From an uncultured delta proteobacterium (GTDB lineage: Bacteria; Desulfobacterota; Syntrophobacteria; Syntrophobacterales; Syntrophobacteraceae), in contig CAVOPT010000023.1 in the NCBI GenBank assembly GCA_963698165.1, positions 25,704 through 89,703 on the forward strand: DNA of 64,000 nucleotides, given 5' to 3'. Positions within the stretch are counted from its first letter, which is position 1; every line of letters begins with the position of its first letter. Below, piece by piece: positions 44,436 through 52,530 of this stretch. Below the pieces are notes generated by a model. It did no database searches. It saw nothing but the letters and a program-made list of their open reading frames with translations, and was not told where the DNA came from. The translations under genes were made by a program, and so were the position numbers.

Positions 44436-44945
44436 ATGGAGAAATTGGCGGTTTATCCCGGTTCTTTCGACCCCATCACCTACGGTCATCTGGACCTGCT
44501 CGATCGAGGCCTCAAGATCTTCGACCGCGTTGTCATCGCCATCGCGGCGAACCCGGGAAAGAAGCAGCTCTTCTCCGTCGAGGAACGTGCCGAGCTCATC
44601 ACGGCAGCCCTGGAAGGACATCCCCATGCGGCGCGGGTGAAGGTGGACTCCTTCCGGGGATTGCTGGTGGACTACGTGAGGCTCATCGGGGCCAACGCCA
44701 TACTGAGAGGCCTGAGGGCTGTCAGCGATTTCGAGTACGAATTCCAGATGGCCCTCATGAACCGGAAGCTCTCCAGCGAAATCGAGACCCTCTTTCTGAT
44801 GACCGGAATGGAGTGGATTTACATCAGCTCCAGCATCATAAAGGAAGTGGCCATGTCCGGGGGGTGTGTCAACGGGCTTGTGCCGCCCCTCACGGAGAAG
44901 AAGCTCATCGAAAGGCTTCGGGAAAGAGGCGAGGTGTCGCGATAG
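44436..44945 (+). CDS. coaD: phosphopantetheine adenylyltransferase
   Basis: MEKLAVYPGSFDPITYGHLD..., RGLRAVSDFEYE and ISSSIIKEV. GAGGAG upstream of ATG 44436. Confidence 0.92.
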   Translation: MEKLAVYPGSFDPITYGHLDLLDRGLKIFDRVVIAIAANPGKKQLFSVEERAELITAALEGHPHAARVKVDSFRGLLVDYVRLIGANAILRGLRAVSDFEYEFQMALMNRKLSSEIETLFLMTGMEWIYISSSIIKEVAMSGGCVNGLVPPLTEKKLIERLRERGEVSR

Positions 44946-45108
44946 GGCATTGACCTGCAGGTTGAAGCGTTCGTATGAGCCTTTCCGGAAACCCTGCACT
45001 CCTGCTTCTGCAAGTCAGGTGTATTTGCTTTGTCGGATCGGTGCCGAGTGGGGGCAAATCTCCTCAATGGCGAAGGAGTCATGGGGACTCAAGGTGAAGG
45101 AAAGATGC

Positions 45109-45720
45109 ATGGAGAGGGAAAACCCTCAGGATTTCTCAAAGGTGATTCGTTTCCACGGGCATGTCTGCCCGGGACTCGCAATAGGTTACCGGGCGGCCCT
45201 GGCGGCACGATCGTACTTGGGGGCGGAACGCTCGCAAGACGAGGAGTTGGTCGCCATTGTGGAAACCGATGCATGCAGTGTGGATGCGATCCAGGTTGAG
45301 CTAGGGTGCACTCTGGGTAAAGGCAACCTCATCTATCGGGACTTGGGAAAGCACGTTTTCACGGTGGTGTCCAGGGAGAAGGGCAAGGCTGTCCGCGTTT
45401 CCATGAGGGGTGATGCCCTCCAGCAGAATCCAGAGCAGGAGGCTCTATTGCAGAGGGTTCGAAGCGGGGGGGCCACCGAAGAGGAACAGCGCGCTTACGA
45501 CGCCTTCCAGCAGGAACGGATATGGGAGCTTCTCCACATGGATGAAGACACCCTTTTTCGGATAGATGAAGTGGTGGTCGAGATTCCCGAGAAAGCCAGG
45601 ATTTTCAAGTCGGTCGTCTGCCACTACTGCGGAGAAAAGGTGATGGAACCCCGCGCTCGAATCCGGGATGGAGAAATCGCCTGCATGCCCTGCGCGAAAA
45701 GCTATTCCCGCGGTTGGTGA
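45109..45720 (+). CDS. FmdE-domain protein with C-terminal zinc-ribbon
   Basis: FHGHVCPGLAIGYRAA and ETDACSVDAIQV are the FmdE-family core. C-terminal CHYCGEKV...CMPC. ATG 45109 is preferred, with ATG 45067 possible. Confidence 0.7.
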   Translation: MERENPQDFSKVIRFHGHVCPGLAIGYRAALAARSYLGAERSQDEELVAIVETDACSVDAIQVELGCTLGKGNLIYRDLGKHVFTVVSREKGKAVRVSMRGDALQQNPEQEALLQRVRSGGATEEEQRAYDAFQQERIWELLHMDEDTLFRIDEVVVEIPEKARIFKSVVCHYCGEKVMEPRARIRDGEIACMPCAKSYSRGW

Positions 45721-45739
45721 AACACTCACCATTGTTGTC

Positions 45740-45768
45740 TTGACAAGGGAATGGGCGTGGAGTACTGA
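45740..45768 (+). promoter_or_regulatory. candidate promoter for the cobalamin riboswitch transcript
   Basis: TTGACA (45740-45745), 17-nt spacer, TACTGA (45763-45768), about 20 nt upstream of the riboswitch. Confidence 0.4.
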
Positions 45769-45785
45769 AATATCGGGTCAAAAAA

Positions 45786-45956
45786 GAATTGGTTGGGCAC
45801 CAGGTACCGCAAGGTTTAAAAGGGAATCCCGTGTGAATCGGGAATGGTCCCGCCGCTGTAAACGGGGACGAAATCCGGAGCAGCCACTGTTTTGCGGGAG
45901 CGAAACGGGAAGGTTCGGAGAGTAGATTGATCCGTGAGTCAGAAGACCTGCCTGGG
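45786..45956 (+). promoter_or_regulatory. cobalamin (B12) riboswitch
   Basis: The conserved core reads AAAAGGGAAtcccGtGTGAATCggg...GGtCCCGCCGCTGTAAacGGGGACGAA...GCCACTG...GGGAAGG...AGTCAGAAGACCTGCC. This includes the B12 box (GCCACTG) and the terminal CAGAAGACCTGCC element, all in plus-strand orientation. Confidence 0.88.
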
Positions 45957-46026
45957 GGTCAATGGGCAATCGGCACGTGGAGATGCGCGATGCCCGGGTG
46001 AAGGATCAAGTGAACCAGGGTGCAAT

Positions 46027-46058
46027 CCTCAGAGCCAAAAGCTCTGAGGTTTTTTTTT
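46027..46058 (+). terminator. intrinsic terminator (likely riboswitch expression platform)
   Basis: cctcagagc-caaaa-gctctgagg (9-bp stem, 5-nt loop) followed by nine T (46050-46058), about 70 nt after the aptamer. Confidence 0.8.
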
Positions 46059-46173
46059 GTCCCAATTCCCTGTTGAGCGGTACTTGGAAACCGCTCAATA
46101 TTTCCAGGAACCTTTCCGCTGCCCGGAGGGGGTGTGTCATGCCACAACCCTGGGCACTCAACGGAGGTGTTGG

Positions 46174-46432
46174 ATGAAGAGAGGCATGATCCTTTATGTG
46201 ACCCATGGGAAACAGGAAGTTCCCCTGAAAGGATGCGGCGGAACTCGTTGAGATCTCAAGGTCTCTGGGGGTTGCCGCCGTTTGCGTGGTGACCACCCAG
46301 GAAGACGTGGCATCTGCATGGTGGCATCTGGTCGCCAGAGGGGTCCATCAGGTCCTGTTCATGACAGTGGCTTACGATCCCGCCCTGGATTCAAAGCTCT
46401 CCAGGGGAGTTCCTGTAAGCCTTTGCGGATGA
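46174..46432 (+). pseudogene. short ORF behind the B12 riboswitch, apparently frameshifted; weak resemblance to the N-terminus of CbiX-type chelatases
   Basis: ATG 46174 with GGAGG 6 nt upstream gives MKRGMILYVTHGKQEVPLK, then a stop at 46249. The +1 frame continues with protein-like DAAELVEISRSLGVAAVCVVTTQEDVASAWWHLVARGVHQVLFMTVAYDPALD... to the stop at 46430. RGMILYVTHGKQ resembles RGLVIVGHGSQ of short CbiX (from memory). The call is weak. Confidence 0.3.
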
Positions 46433-46596
46433 GCGCAAAGGATGGGATCTCCGGCTTAACACGAACTCACCGAAGAATCGGATGGCCAATACGGAGAATG
46501 CTCAGAAAAACGAGCTTTGGGCTTCAAGACGGACGCTTCTTGAACGGAGGACAATGGGATGAAGAGCCAAGGGGGCCACGATGGGCTTCAAGAAAC

Positions 46597-48302
46597 TCAT
46601 GACGGCAGACGGTCTTGCTCGCCTGGGAGAAGAACAGGCGGAGAAGTGGTCTTCTGCAGTTGCATGATCTCCTGGCAGCACTGATTCTTGAACGTGTAAT
46701 CCAACCCATTGATTGAAATCAGGTTCTCATCGCTCGTGAAGGCCTGAGTCGGGTAGTCCCGAATGAGTCTGCCACGGTGCATCACCAGTGTTCGCGCACA
46801 GGTCATGGCGATGATGTCCATGTCGTGGCTGATGACGATCCTGGTGACATCGAGCTGCTTGAGGATCTCACACAGGATCTCCTCGCTTTGGGGGTCCAGG
46901 TTCGCCGTGGGCTCATCGAGGATAAGAACTCGGGGCCTCATGCTCAGGATGGATGCCAGGGCGAGCCGTTTGCGTTCACCGGCGCTGAGATGATGAGGGA
47001 TTCTCTCGTCGAAACCCTCCATGCGAACCATTTTCAGGGCTTCCTGAACCCGGGCATCGACCTCGTCGGCGGGAAGGCCCAGCTGCCTGGGGCCGAAGGC
47101 CACCTCTTCCCTGCAGGAAGGGCAGAAAAGCTGGTCGGCCGGGTCCTGGAAAACCAGCCCACAATGTCTCCAGAGCTCTTTTCTGACTTTCCCGAAAACA
47201 GCCATGCCGTCGAATGAGATATTCTCCTTCCCCCTTGAGCAGGCCGCAAAGGCAGGACACGAGGGTTGATTTACCCGCCCCGTTCTCCCCTGTGATGGCC
47301 AACGATTCGCCCATTTGAATGGCCAGGCTGAATCTCACGGATACCCCATGTCCCGTCGGGATACCGAAACGAGAAGTCCTGCAGCCTTATCAGCGCATCT
47401 GTCGGCAGTTCCTTGTTCGTTCCTGGATGGTGCCTTTGAACTGCATCAGATAAGGCGGAGATGTGGTGATGATGAGGATGCCCTGCCGCATCGTCAGCGT
47501 CCACTTGGCAGCAGCTCAATCGGAATGTGAAGTCGAGACCATGTTCGCGCAGGTACGCCTTTTGAGAGACGAGGTCCTTCATGGAGAAATCGTGATGGAT
47601 TTTCCCTTTCTCCAGGACAACCGCCCTGGTGCAGAGGTCATAGAGGAAGAAGAGATCGTGACTGATGCAAATGAGTGTTCCAGGGAATTCCCGAAGCATC
47701 TCGAGGAAGAACTTCTCCTGCTTTGGGTCGAGATAAGCGGTTGGTTCATCGAGAATGAGGACTTCGGGATTCATGGCGAGGGTCGTCGCAAAGGCCGCCC
47801 GCTTTTTCTGTCCATAGCTCAAGTGATGGGGGGCCTTGTATCGGAGGCCTTCGAGACCAACCTTTTGGAGAGCCACCGAGACCCGGCTTTCAATCTCCAA
47901 CCTGTCCAATCCCTGATTCAGGGGTCCGAAGGCGATGTCTTCATCGAGTGTGTTGCAAAAAAGCTGGTCATCAGGGTCCTGAAAGAGCATCCCGATTCTC
48001 AGCCTTGCAGCGGCAAGGTTTGCGCCTTCCAAAGGCTCCCCTTTGTAGAGAATCTTGCCGCCGCGCGGTCGGTACAAACCGTTCAGATGCTTTGCAAGAG
48101 TGGTTTTCCCCGCCCCGTTCTGGCCGACGAGGGCGATTTTGTCTCCGGTGTGGATTTCGAGATCGATGCCATCCAGGGCCCGCCGGCCATCAGCGTAGTG
48201 AAAGACCAGGGATCGGATGCCGAACAGAAGTTCAGACTTCTCCCTGAAGGCGCCAAATGCTCTCTCATCGTCGCGTCCGACCGTGTCGGCTCCCTTGCTC
48301 AA
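46597..48302 (-). pseudogene. fused double ABC ATPase of ECF/CbiO-NikO type, interrupted by two frameshifts
   Basis: Domain 1 is intact (47271..48302: GQNGAGKTT, LSYGQKKR, LILDEPTAYLD). Domain 2 is split over two further frames. 46976..47338 holds VRFSLAIQMGESLAITGENGAGKST, and 46597..47205 holds LVFQDPADQLF, LSAGERKR, LILDEPTANLD and ISHD. The frame switches sit near the C-runs at 47344-47347 and 47230-47234. Confidence 0.75.
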
Positions 48303-48460
48303 GGCCTCACTCCATTCCAGGCGGCTGCTTCACAACAGAATCCCCTGTCGACACACGTGTTCATTTAACCAGTCTGAACGCCGAATTTCAACCTCGCATA
48401 AAGAGGCGGGTTTCGCGGTAGGACTACCAGGGAGGAGGAGTGTCCTTCTTCCAAGATGCA

Positions 48461-48913
48461 CTAAAAATTGAGGGTCACTCCGGCAAGCCAGGTGATGTCA
48501 TCTTCGGTTTCCGTGATTCCTCCCTTCACACCCAGATCGAAAGTCAGGTTGTCCGTAACGGCGAAGACAAGACCGCCGAGTATAAACGCAGCGGGGGTAT
48601 CGGACAGTTTGTCCGAGTTTCTCTCGGCTCCAATGTTGGCCACTGCGGTCAACCAGTTGCACACCTTCACCGTGGACGCCAGCGAGACATTCCACAGGTT
48701 GTTTCGTTCGTCGATGTCGTTCTCATTGCGCAGATAGCCTGCATTGAAATGAAAGGCAAAGCGCTCAAGCTCCTTGGAGGCAATGAAGTAGAACTGCGGG
48801 GACACCCTCCCAGAACCCAGTCCCTTGTCCTCATCCCCGGACGGAAACGTCACCCCGGGCTTGACAGCGAGCCCCCATCCGTCGCACTCCCTAAGCGTGC
48901 TGCAGGTAAACAC
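48461..48913 (-). pseudogene. C-terminal half of an outer-membrane beta-barrel protein (MetA/phenol-degradation-like family), apparently truncated
   Basis: PGVTFPSGDEDKGLGSG, alternating beta-strand pattern and a terminal ...WLAGVTLNF (aromatic C-terminus typical of OMPs). There is no signal peptide or N-terminal strands in any frame upstream, which suggests a 5' truncation. Confidence 0.45.
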
Positions 48914-48983
48914 GATTCTTCCAGCCTGTCAAGCCGAATTCATTGCCATTCCATGGGCACCTGAGGGTGGAAGCCTTTTCGAA

Positions 48984-49013
48984 TTGACATGCTGAAGCAC
49001 TTGTTCTTATGAT
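48984..49013 (+). promoter_or_regulatory. near-consensus sigma70 promoter upstream of the Nik/Cbi transporter operon
   Basis: TTGACA (48984-48989), 18-nt spacer, TATGAT (49008-49013). It would start a leader of about 200 nt before the ATG at 49227. Confidence 0.5.
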
Positions 49014-49127
49014 GGCAGCAATTGGGAAGTTGAAGCTTCCTGCCCTCTTTTTCGGGTGCACCTGAAGGTGCGGCGACAAACGCCTTCGCTCAACGGCTCC
49101 ACGGAATCAACCATTCTGGTCACGAAG

Positions 49128-49151
49128 GCCGGCATCGATGCCGGCTTTTTT
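49128..49151 (+). terminator. intrinsic-terminator-like hairpin inside the transporter leader (attenuator candidate)
   Basis: The perfect 18-nt palindrome gccggcatcgatgccggc (49128-49145) is followed by TTTTTT (49146-49151), 75 nt upstream of the first transporter gene. Confidence 0.6.
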
Positions 49152-49226
49152 GTTCATTCGGTTGGCTGGGATGGGCTGTTTTCGAGGTTTGGGGGGAAAC
49201 CCAATTCCAAAAAAAGGAGGATTAGG

Positions 49227-50030
49227 ATGCTTCGATTGCGCTTTCTGTGCGTTGCTTGTGCTGTCGCTCTCTTTGCACTGGTTCCTGTCGCCATGGCGCA
49301 TTTTGGCGGCATCACCCCGTCCGACGACATAGTCACCCAGGAGGATCCCAAGACGATCACTCTGGAAGTGAAATTCATCCATCCCATGGAGATGCATTAC
49401 ATGGAGATGGAGAAACCCAAGCGCTTTGGAGTGCTCCATAAGGGCCAGAAGGAAGATCTTCTCAACACGTTGCAAAGCACCCAGGGAAAAGCCCCGGACC
49501 AGGATCGCCAGTTCACCTTCTGGAAATCCACCTATCCCATCAAGAAGCCCGGCGACTACACTTTTTTCCTGGAACCCACCCCTTACTGGGAGCCCGCCGA
49601 GGGCAAGTTCATCGTCCATTACACCAAGGTCTGCGTGAACGCCCTCGGTCTCGAGGAAGGCTGGGACAAGCCCGTCGGGTTCGAGACGGAGATTATCCCC
49701 TTGACGCGTCCCTACGGTTTGTGGACGGGGAATGTGTTCACCGGAAAAGTCCTCCTCAAGGGAAAGCCTGTTCCTAATGCCGAGGTCGAAATCGAGTACC
49801 TCAACGAAGCCCCGGAAAACAAGAGCGTGGTCAAGGCGCCGGCCGATCCCTTCGTCACCCAGGTGGTCAAGGCCGACGGCAACGGCGTCTTCACCTATGC
49901 GATGCCCAGGGCCGGCTGGTGGGGGTTCGCCGCCCTGAGCGACGCCCCGTGGAAACTCAAAAAAGACGGCAAGCCCAAAGACGTGGAAATTGGGGCCTTG
50001 TACTGGGTCCACACCGTAGACATGAAATAG
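49227..50030 (+). CDS. periplasmic DUF4198 protein (NikK-like accessory component of Ni/Co ECF transporters)
   Basis: ATG with AAGGAGG upstream. Signal peptide MLRLRFLCVACAVALFALVPVAMAH. GDYTFFLEPTPYWEP, PYGLWTGNVFTGKVLLKGKPVPNAEVEIEY and DGNGVFTY fit DUF4198. Confidence 0.75.
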   Translation: MLRLRFLCVACAVALFALVPVAMAHFGGITPSDDIVTQEDPKTITLEVKFIHPMEMHYMEMEKPKRFGVLHKGQKEDLLNTLQSTQGKAPDQDRQFTFWKSTYPIKKPGDYTFFLEPTPYWEPAEGKFIVHYTKVCVNALGLEEGWDKPVGFETEIIPLTRPYGLWTGNVFTGKVLLKGKPVPNAEVEIEYLNEAPENKSVVKAPADPFVTQVVKADGNGVFTYAMPRAGWWGFAALSDAPWKLKKDGKPKDVEIGALYWVHTVDMK

Positions 50031-50157
50031 GAAAGCCGAGGTGGATGTGGCCCGATTTCACCGGGAACATGTTTTGTTTTCTAGAGGTCATTGACAGGGG
50101 TGAACTGGATTCGCTCCTGTCGCAACAACTGATGCATTCCAGCGTGAGGAGAAAACC

Positions 50158-50493
50158 ATGGGCTGTCGACTTCTGCAAGTTGGTATTCTCGCTGTCCTGG
50201 TGACCTTTGCCCTGTTCCAAGCTCCTGCGCACGGACACAAGGTCAACATCTTTGCCTATGCGGAAAACGGCAAGATCTTCACGGAAAGCTATTTTCCCGA
50301 TGGGAAGCCTGTCGAAGACGGAGTGATCGAGGTTTTGGACAGCCAGAGCCAGAAGGTCGCAGAGGGGAAGACCGACAAGGAGGGCAAGTTCTCGTTGCCC
50401 ATTCCCAAGAAGGACGACCTCACCATCGTCATCAACGCGTCCATGGGCCACAAGAACACCTTTCTTCTGAAAAAGAGTGAACTGGGAGAATAG
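50158..50493 (+). CDS. small secreted protein with HGH motif after the signal peptide (possible metal-binding accessory component)
   Basis: GAGGAG upstream. Signal peptide ...LFQAPAHGHKVNIF. A beta-rich ~85-aa mature part (EVLDSQSQKVAEGKTDKEGKFSLPI) resembles a carboxypeptidase-regulatory/transthyretin-like fold. The function is contextual. Confidence 0.5.
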   Translation: MGCRLLQVGILAVLVTFALFQAPAHGHKVNIFAYAENGKIFTESYFPDGKPVEDGVIEVLDSQSQKVAEGKTDKEGKFSLPIPKKDDLTIVINASMGHKNTFLLKKSELGE

Positions 50494-50496
50494 GTC

Positions 50497-50895
50497 ATGT
50501 TGCAGCGACTCAGGCCAGGCATTCATTGCCTGCTCTTACTGCTTGCGTTGATGGCAATCTCGGTCATCGGTTTCCAGAGCGGGGTGGCTTGGGCGCAAGC
50601 CACTCCCGGCGAGATTGCCTCCCCGGAGGGGGCATCCCAAAGAGCAGCCACAAGCAAACCGGTCGATTGCGGGGAGCTGGCAGGACTTATCCAGCAGGAG
50701 AGAACTGCGGTTTCCAGGGAAATGGGACAGATCAAGCGGGAAATCGCTGCCTTGCGGGATGACCTCTCCAAGCCGGGGTTGAAGGAGATCTTTGCCGGGA
50801 TTGGCTATATTTTGGGCTTGGCCGGCGTTGGCCTCTATGCTCACTGTCGCAGGAATAAGATCCTGGAGCCAGGAGCCGGTTCACGGGAGGGTTGA
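50497..50895 (+). CDS. membrane-anchored protein (possible NikL-like component)
   Basis: N-terminal hydrophobic segment CLLLLLALMAISVIGF, a central helical region and the C-terminal TM IFAGIGYILGLAGVGLYA. It starts 4 nt after the previous gene. Confidence 0.4.
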   Translation: MLQRLRPGIHCLLLLLALMAISVIGFQSGVAWAQATPGEIASPEGASQRAATSKPVDCGELAGLIQQERTAVSREMGQIKREIAALRDDLSKPGLKEIFAGIGYILGLAGVGLYAHCRRNKILEPGAGSREG

Positions 50896-50937
50896 TCCCT
50901 GTCCCTTTTTCCATTGGGAAAAAGAAAGAAATCATCC

Positions 50938-51561
50938 ATGCATATCTCTGACGGCGTTCTCCCCACCACGGTTGCAGTCGTCGGATTTGCGGTGAGCCTT
51001 GCGATTGTCGCCTGGACCGCCCGCAAAGTCGACCCGGAAGATCTTCCCAAGATCGCGGTGGTGACTTCCGCCTTTTTTGTGGCGTCCCTCATTCACGTCC
51101 CTATCGGCCCCACCAGCGTGCATCTGCTCATTCCAGGCCTGGTGGGCATTCTTCTTGGCAGTGGCGCGTTCATCTCCATTGGACTTGGAATTATACTCCA
51201 AAGCCTGCTTTTCCAGTTCGGCGGCATCACTGCCATAGGAGCCAACGCGTGCATGATGGGGGTTCCGGCCCTCGTGTCGGGGTGGCTCTTTCGCGCCATG
51301 AAAGGGAAGTCATTGACGCGCCATGTCCTGGCCGGCGCCTTGGCAGGTGGCCTGGGGGTTTTTATGGCAACTTTGATTCTGGCGCTTTTCCTGTTGAGTG
51401 GCGGGGAGGATTTTTTCGGAGTGGCCAAAATCGCCATCTACGCTCATCTGCCTGTCTTCATCATTGAAAGTGCCGTCTCCGCTTTCGTGGTTTCGTTCCT
51501 TTTCAAAGTGAAGCCGGACATGCTGGGGCGGGAAACCGCTTCAGTCAGCCCTTTTTGCTAG
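50938..51561 (+). CDS. ECF transporter substrate-capture component, CbiM/NikM family
   Basis: MHISDGVLP... has the invariant N-terminal M-H metal-binding end of CbiM/NikM. It is multi-TM and about 207 aa. The HISDG variant looks closer to the NikM pattern (MHIPDG) than to CbiM (MHI.EG), judged from memory. Confidence 0.88.
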   Translation: MHISDGVLPTTVAVVGFAVSLAIVAWTARKVDPEDLPKIAVVTSAFFVASLIHVPIGPTSVHLLIPGLVGILLGSGAFISIGLGIILQSLLFQFGGITAIGANACMMGVPALVSGWLFRAMKGKSLTRHVLAGALAGGLGVFMATLILALFLLSGGEDFFGVAKIAIYAHLPVFIIESAVSAFVVSFLFKVKPDMLGRETASVSPFC

Positions 51562-51567
51562 CAGGCC

Positions 51568-52530
51568 ATGGACTCTTCCGTTCACGTCGTGGTGGTTCCT
51601 CTCAGAGTGTTCGGGTACACTTTGGGGGGAGTTATTCTGTTGATCCTCCTCCCCTTCCTTTTGAGGCGGGTTGTTCGCTTCCGCCAAAGCTCCGAAAAGT
51701 CTGATGAGGAAAGGAACTGGGGCATCCCAAGCATCGATGCTCAGGCCCACCTCCATTCTCCATTCCACAGCTGGGACCCCCGAATCAAGATCGTCTCCCT
51801 CCTGTTCTTCATCTTCTGCACGGCCGCCTTGAGTCATCTCTTTTGGGCCTGCTTTGCGCTTTTCGCCGCAATCTTATCCATTCTTGTGGCACGGATTCCT
51901 CTTCGTTACCCACTGAGGCGGCTTGCGGCCATGGGGGCCTTCCTCGGGATGTTTCTGGTGGTGATGCCTCTGACCGTGAATGCCAGGAGTGGGGACTTGC
52001 TGGTGCGCTTCGAGCATGTCTCCTTCCTCTCCTTCAATGGAAGGGGGTTCATGCTCGCTCTGCTCATCTGTCTGAAAGCCTCGGCCATCGCCTTACTGGT
52101 TGAGCCCCTTCTTTCCACCTCTCCCTTTCCTGTGACCATTCAGGCACTTGCCCGCTTGAGGGTTCCCCAGATGGTCTGCCAGATGATCCTCCTCGCCCAC
52201 CGGTACATCTTTGTCTTCCAGCACGAAACCAGCCGCATGAACAAGGGAATGCAAATGAGAGGCTTTAGGAGGCGGACCGACATGGAAACTCTGCACAACA
52301 TTGGAAATTTCCTGGGAATGTTACTCGTGCGAAGCTTCGAGAGGACCCAGCGAGTTTACGAAGCGATGATCGCCCGGGGATACACGGGGCAGTTGTCTGT
52401 CACTCATGAGTTCCGGGCCATGAAAGGAGATTGGTGGAAGGGGCTTTTCTGGCTCAGTGCGGGGATTGGCCTCGTTCTCGTGGACCGTTTCTGGGTGCCG
52501 ACAGCGTTGATGGCGGTCTTCGAGTTTTAG
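51568..52530 (+). CDS. ECF transporter transmembrane (T) component, CbiQ/NikQ family, with an N-terminal ~70-aa extension containing an extra TM segment
   Basis: DPRIKIVSLLFFIF..., ALARLRVPQMVCQMILLAHRYIFVF and ...AMIARGY are CbiQ-type motifs. The N-terminal GGVILLILLPFLL segment is extra. Confidence 0.8.
   Translation: MDSSVHVVVVPLRVFGYTLGGVILLILLPFLLRRVVRFRQSSEKSDEERNWGIPSIDAQAHLHSPFHSWDPRIKIVSLLFFIFCTAALSHLFWACFALFAAILSILVARIPLRYPLRRLAAMGAFLGMFLVVMPLTVNARSGDLLVRFEHVSFLSFNGRGFMLALLICLKASAIALLVEPLLSTSPFPVTIQALARLRVPQMVCQMILLAHRYIFVFQHETSRMNKGMQMRGFRRRTDMETLHNIGNFLGMLLVRSFERTQRVYEAMIARGYTGQLSVTHEFRAMKGDWWKGLFWLSAGIGLVLVDRFWVPTALMAVFEF

Noticed and set aside
48950-49151. Assigning the transporter leader to the cobalamin or NiCo riboswitch classes
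   Set aside because: The leader lacks the GCCACTG B12 box and the AGGGAA...GGTG..AA.TCC core in recognisable form. I cannot reproduce the NiCo consensus from memory, and that class normally activates exporters. It is left as an unclassified attenuator candidate.
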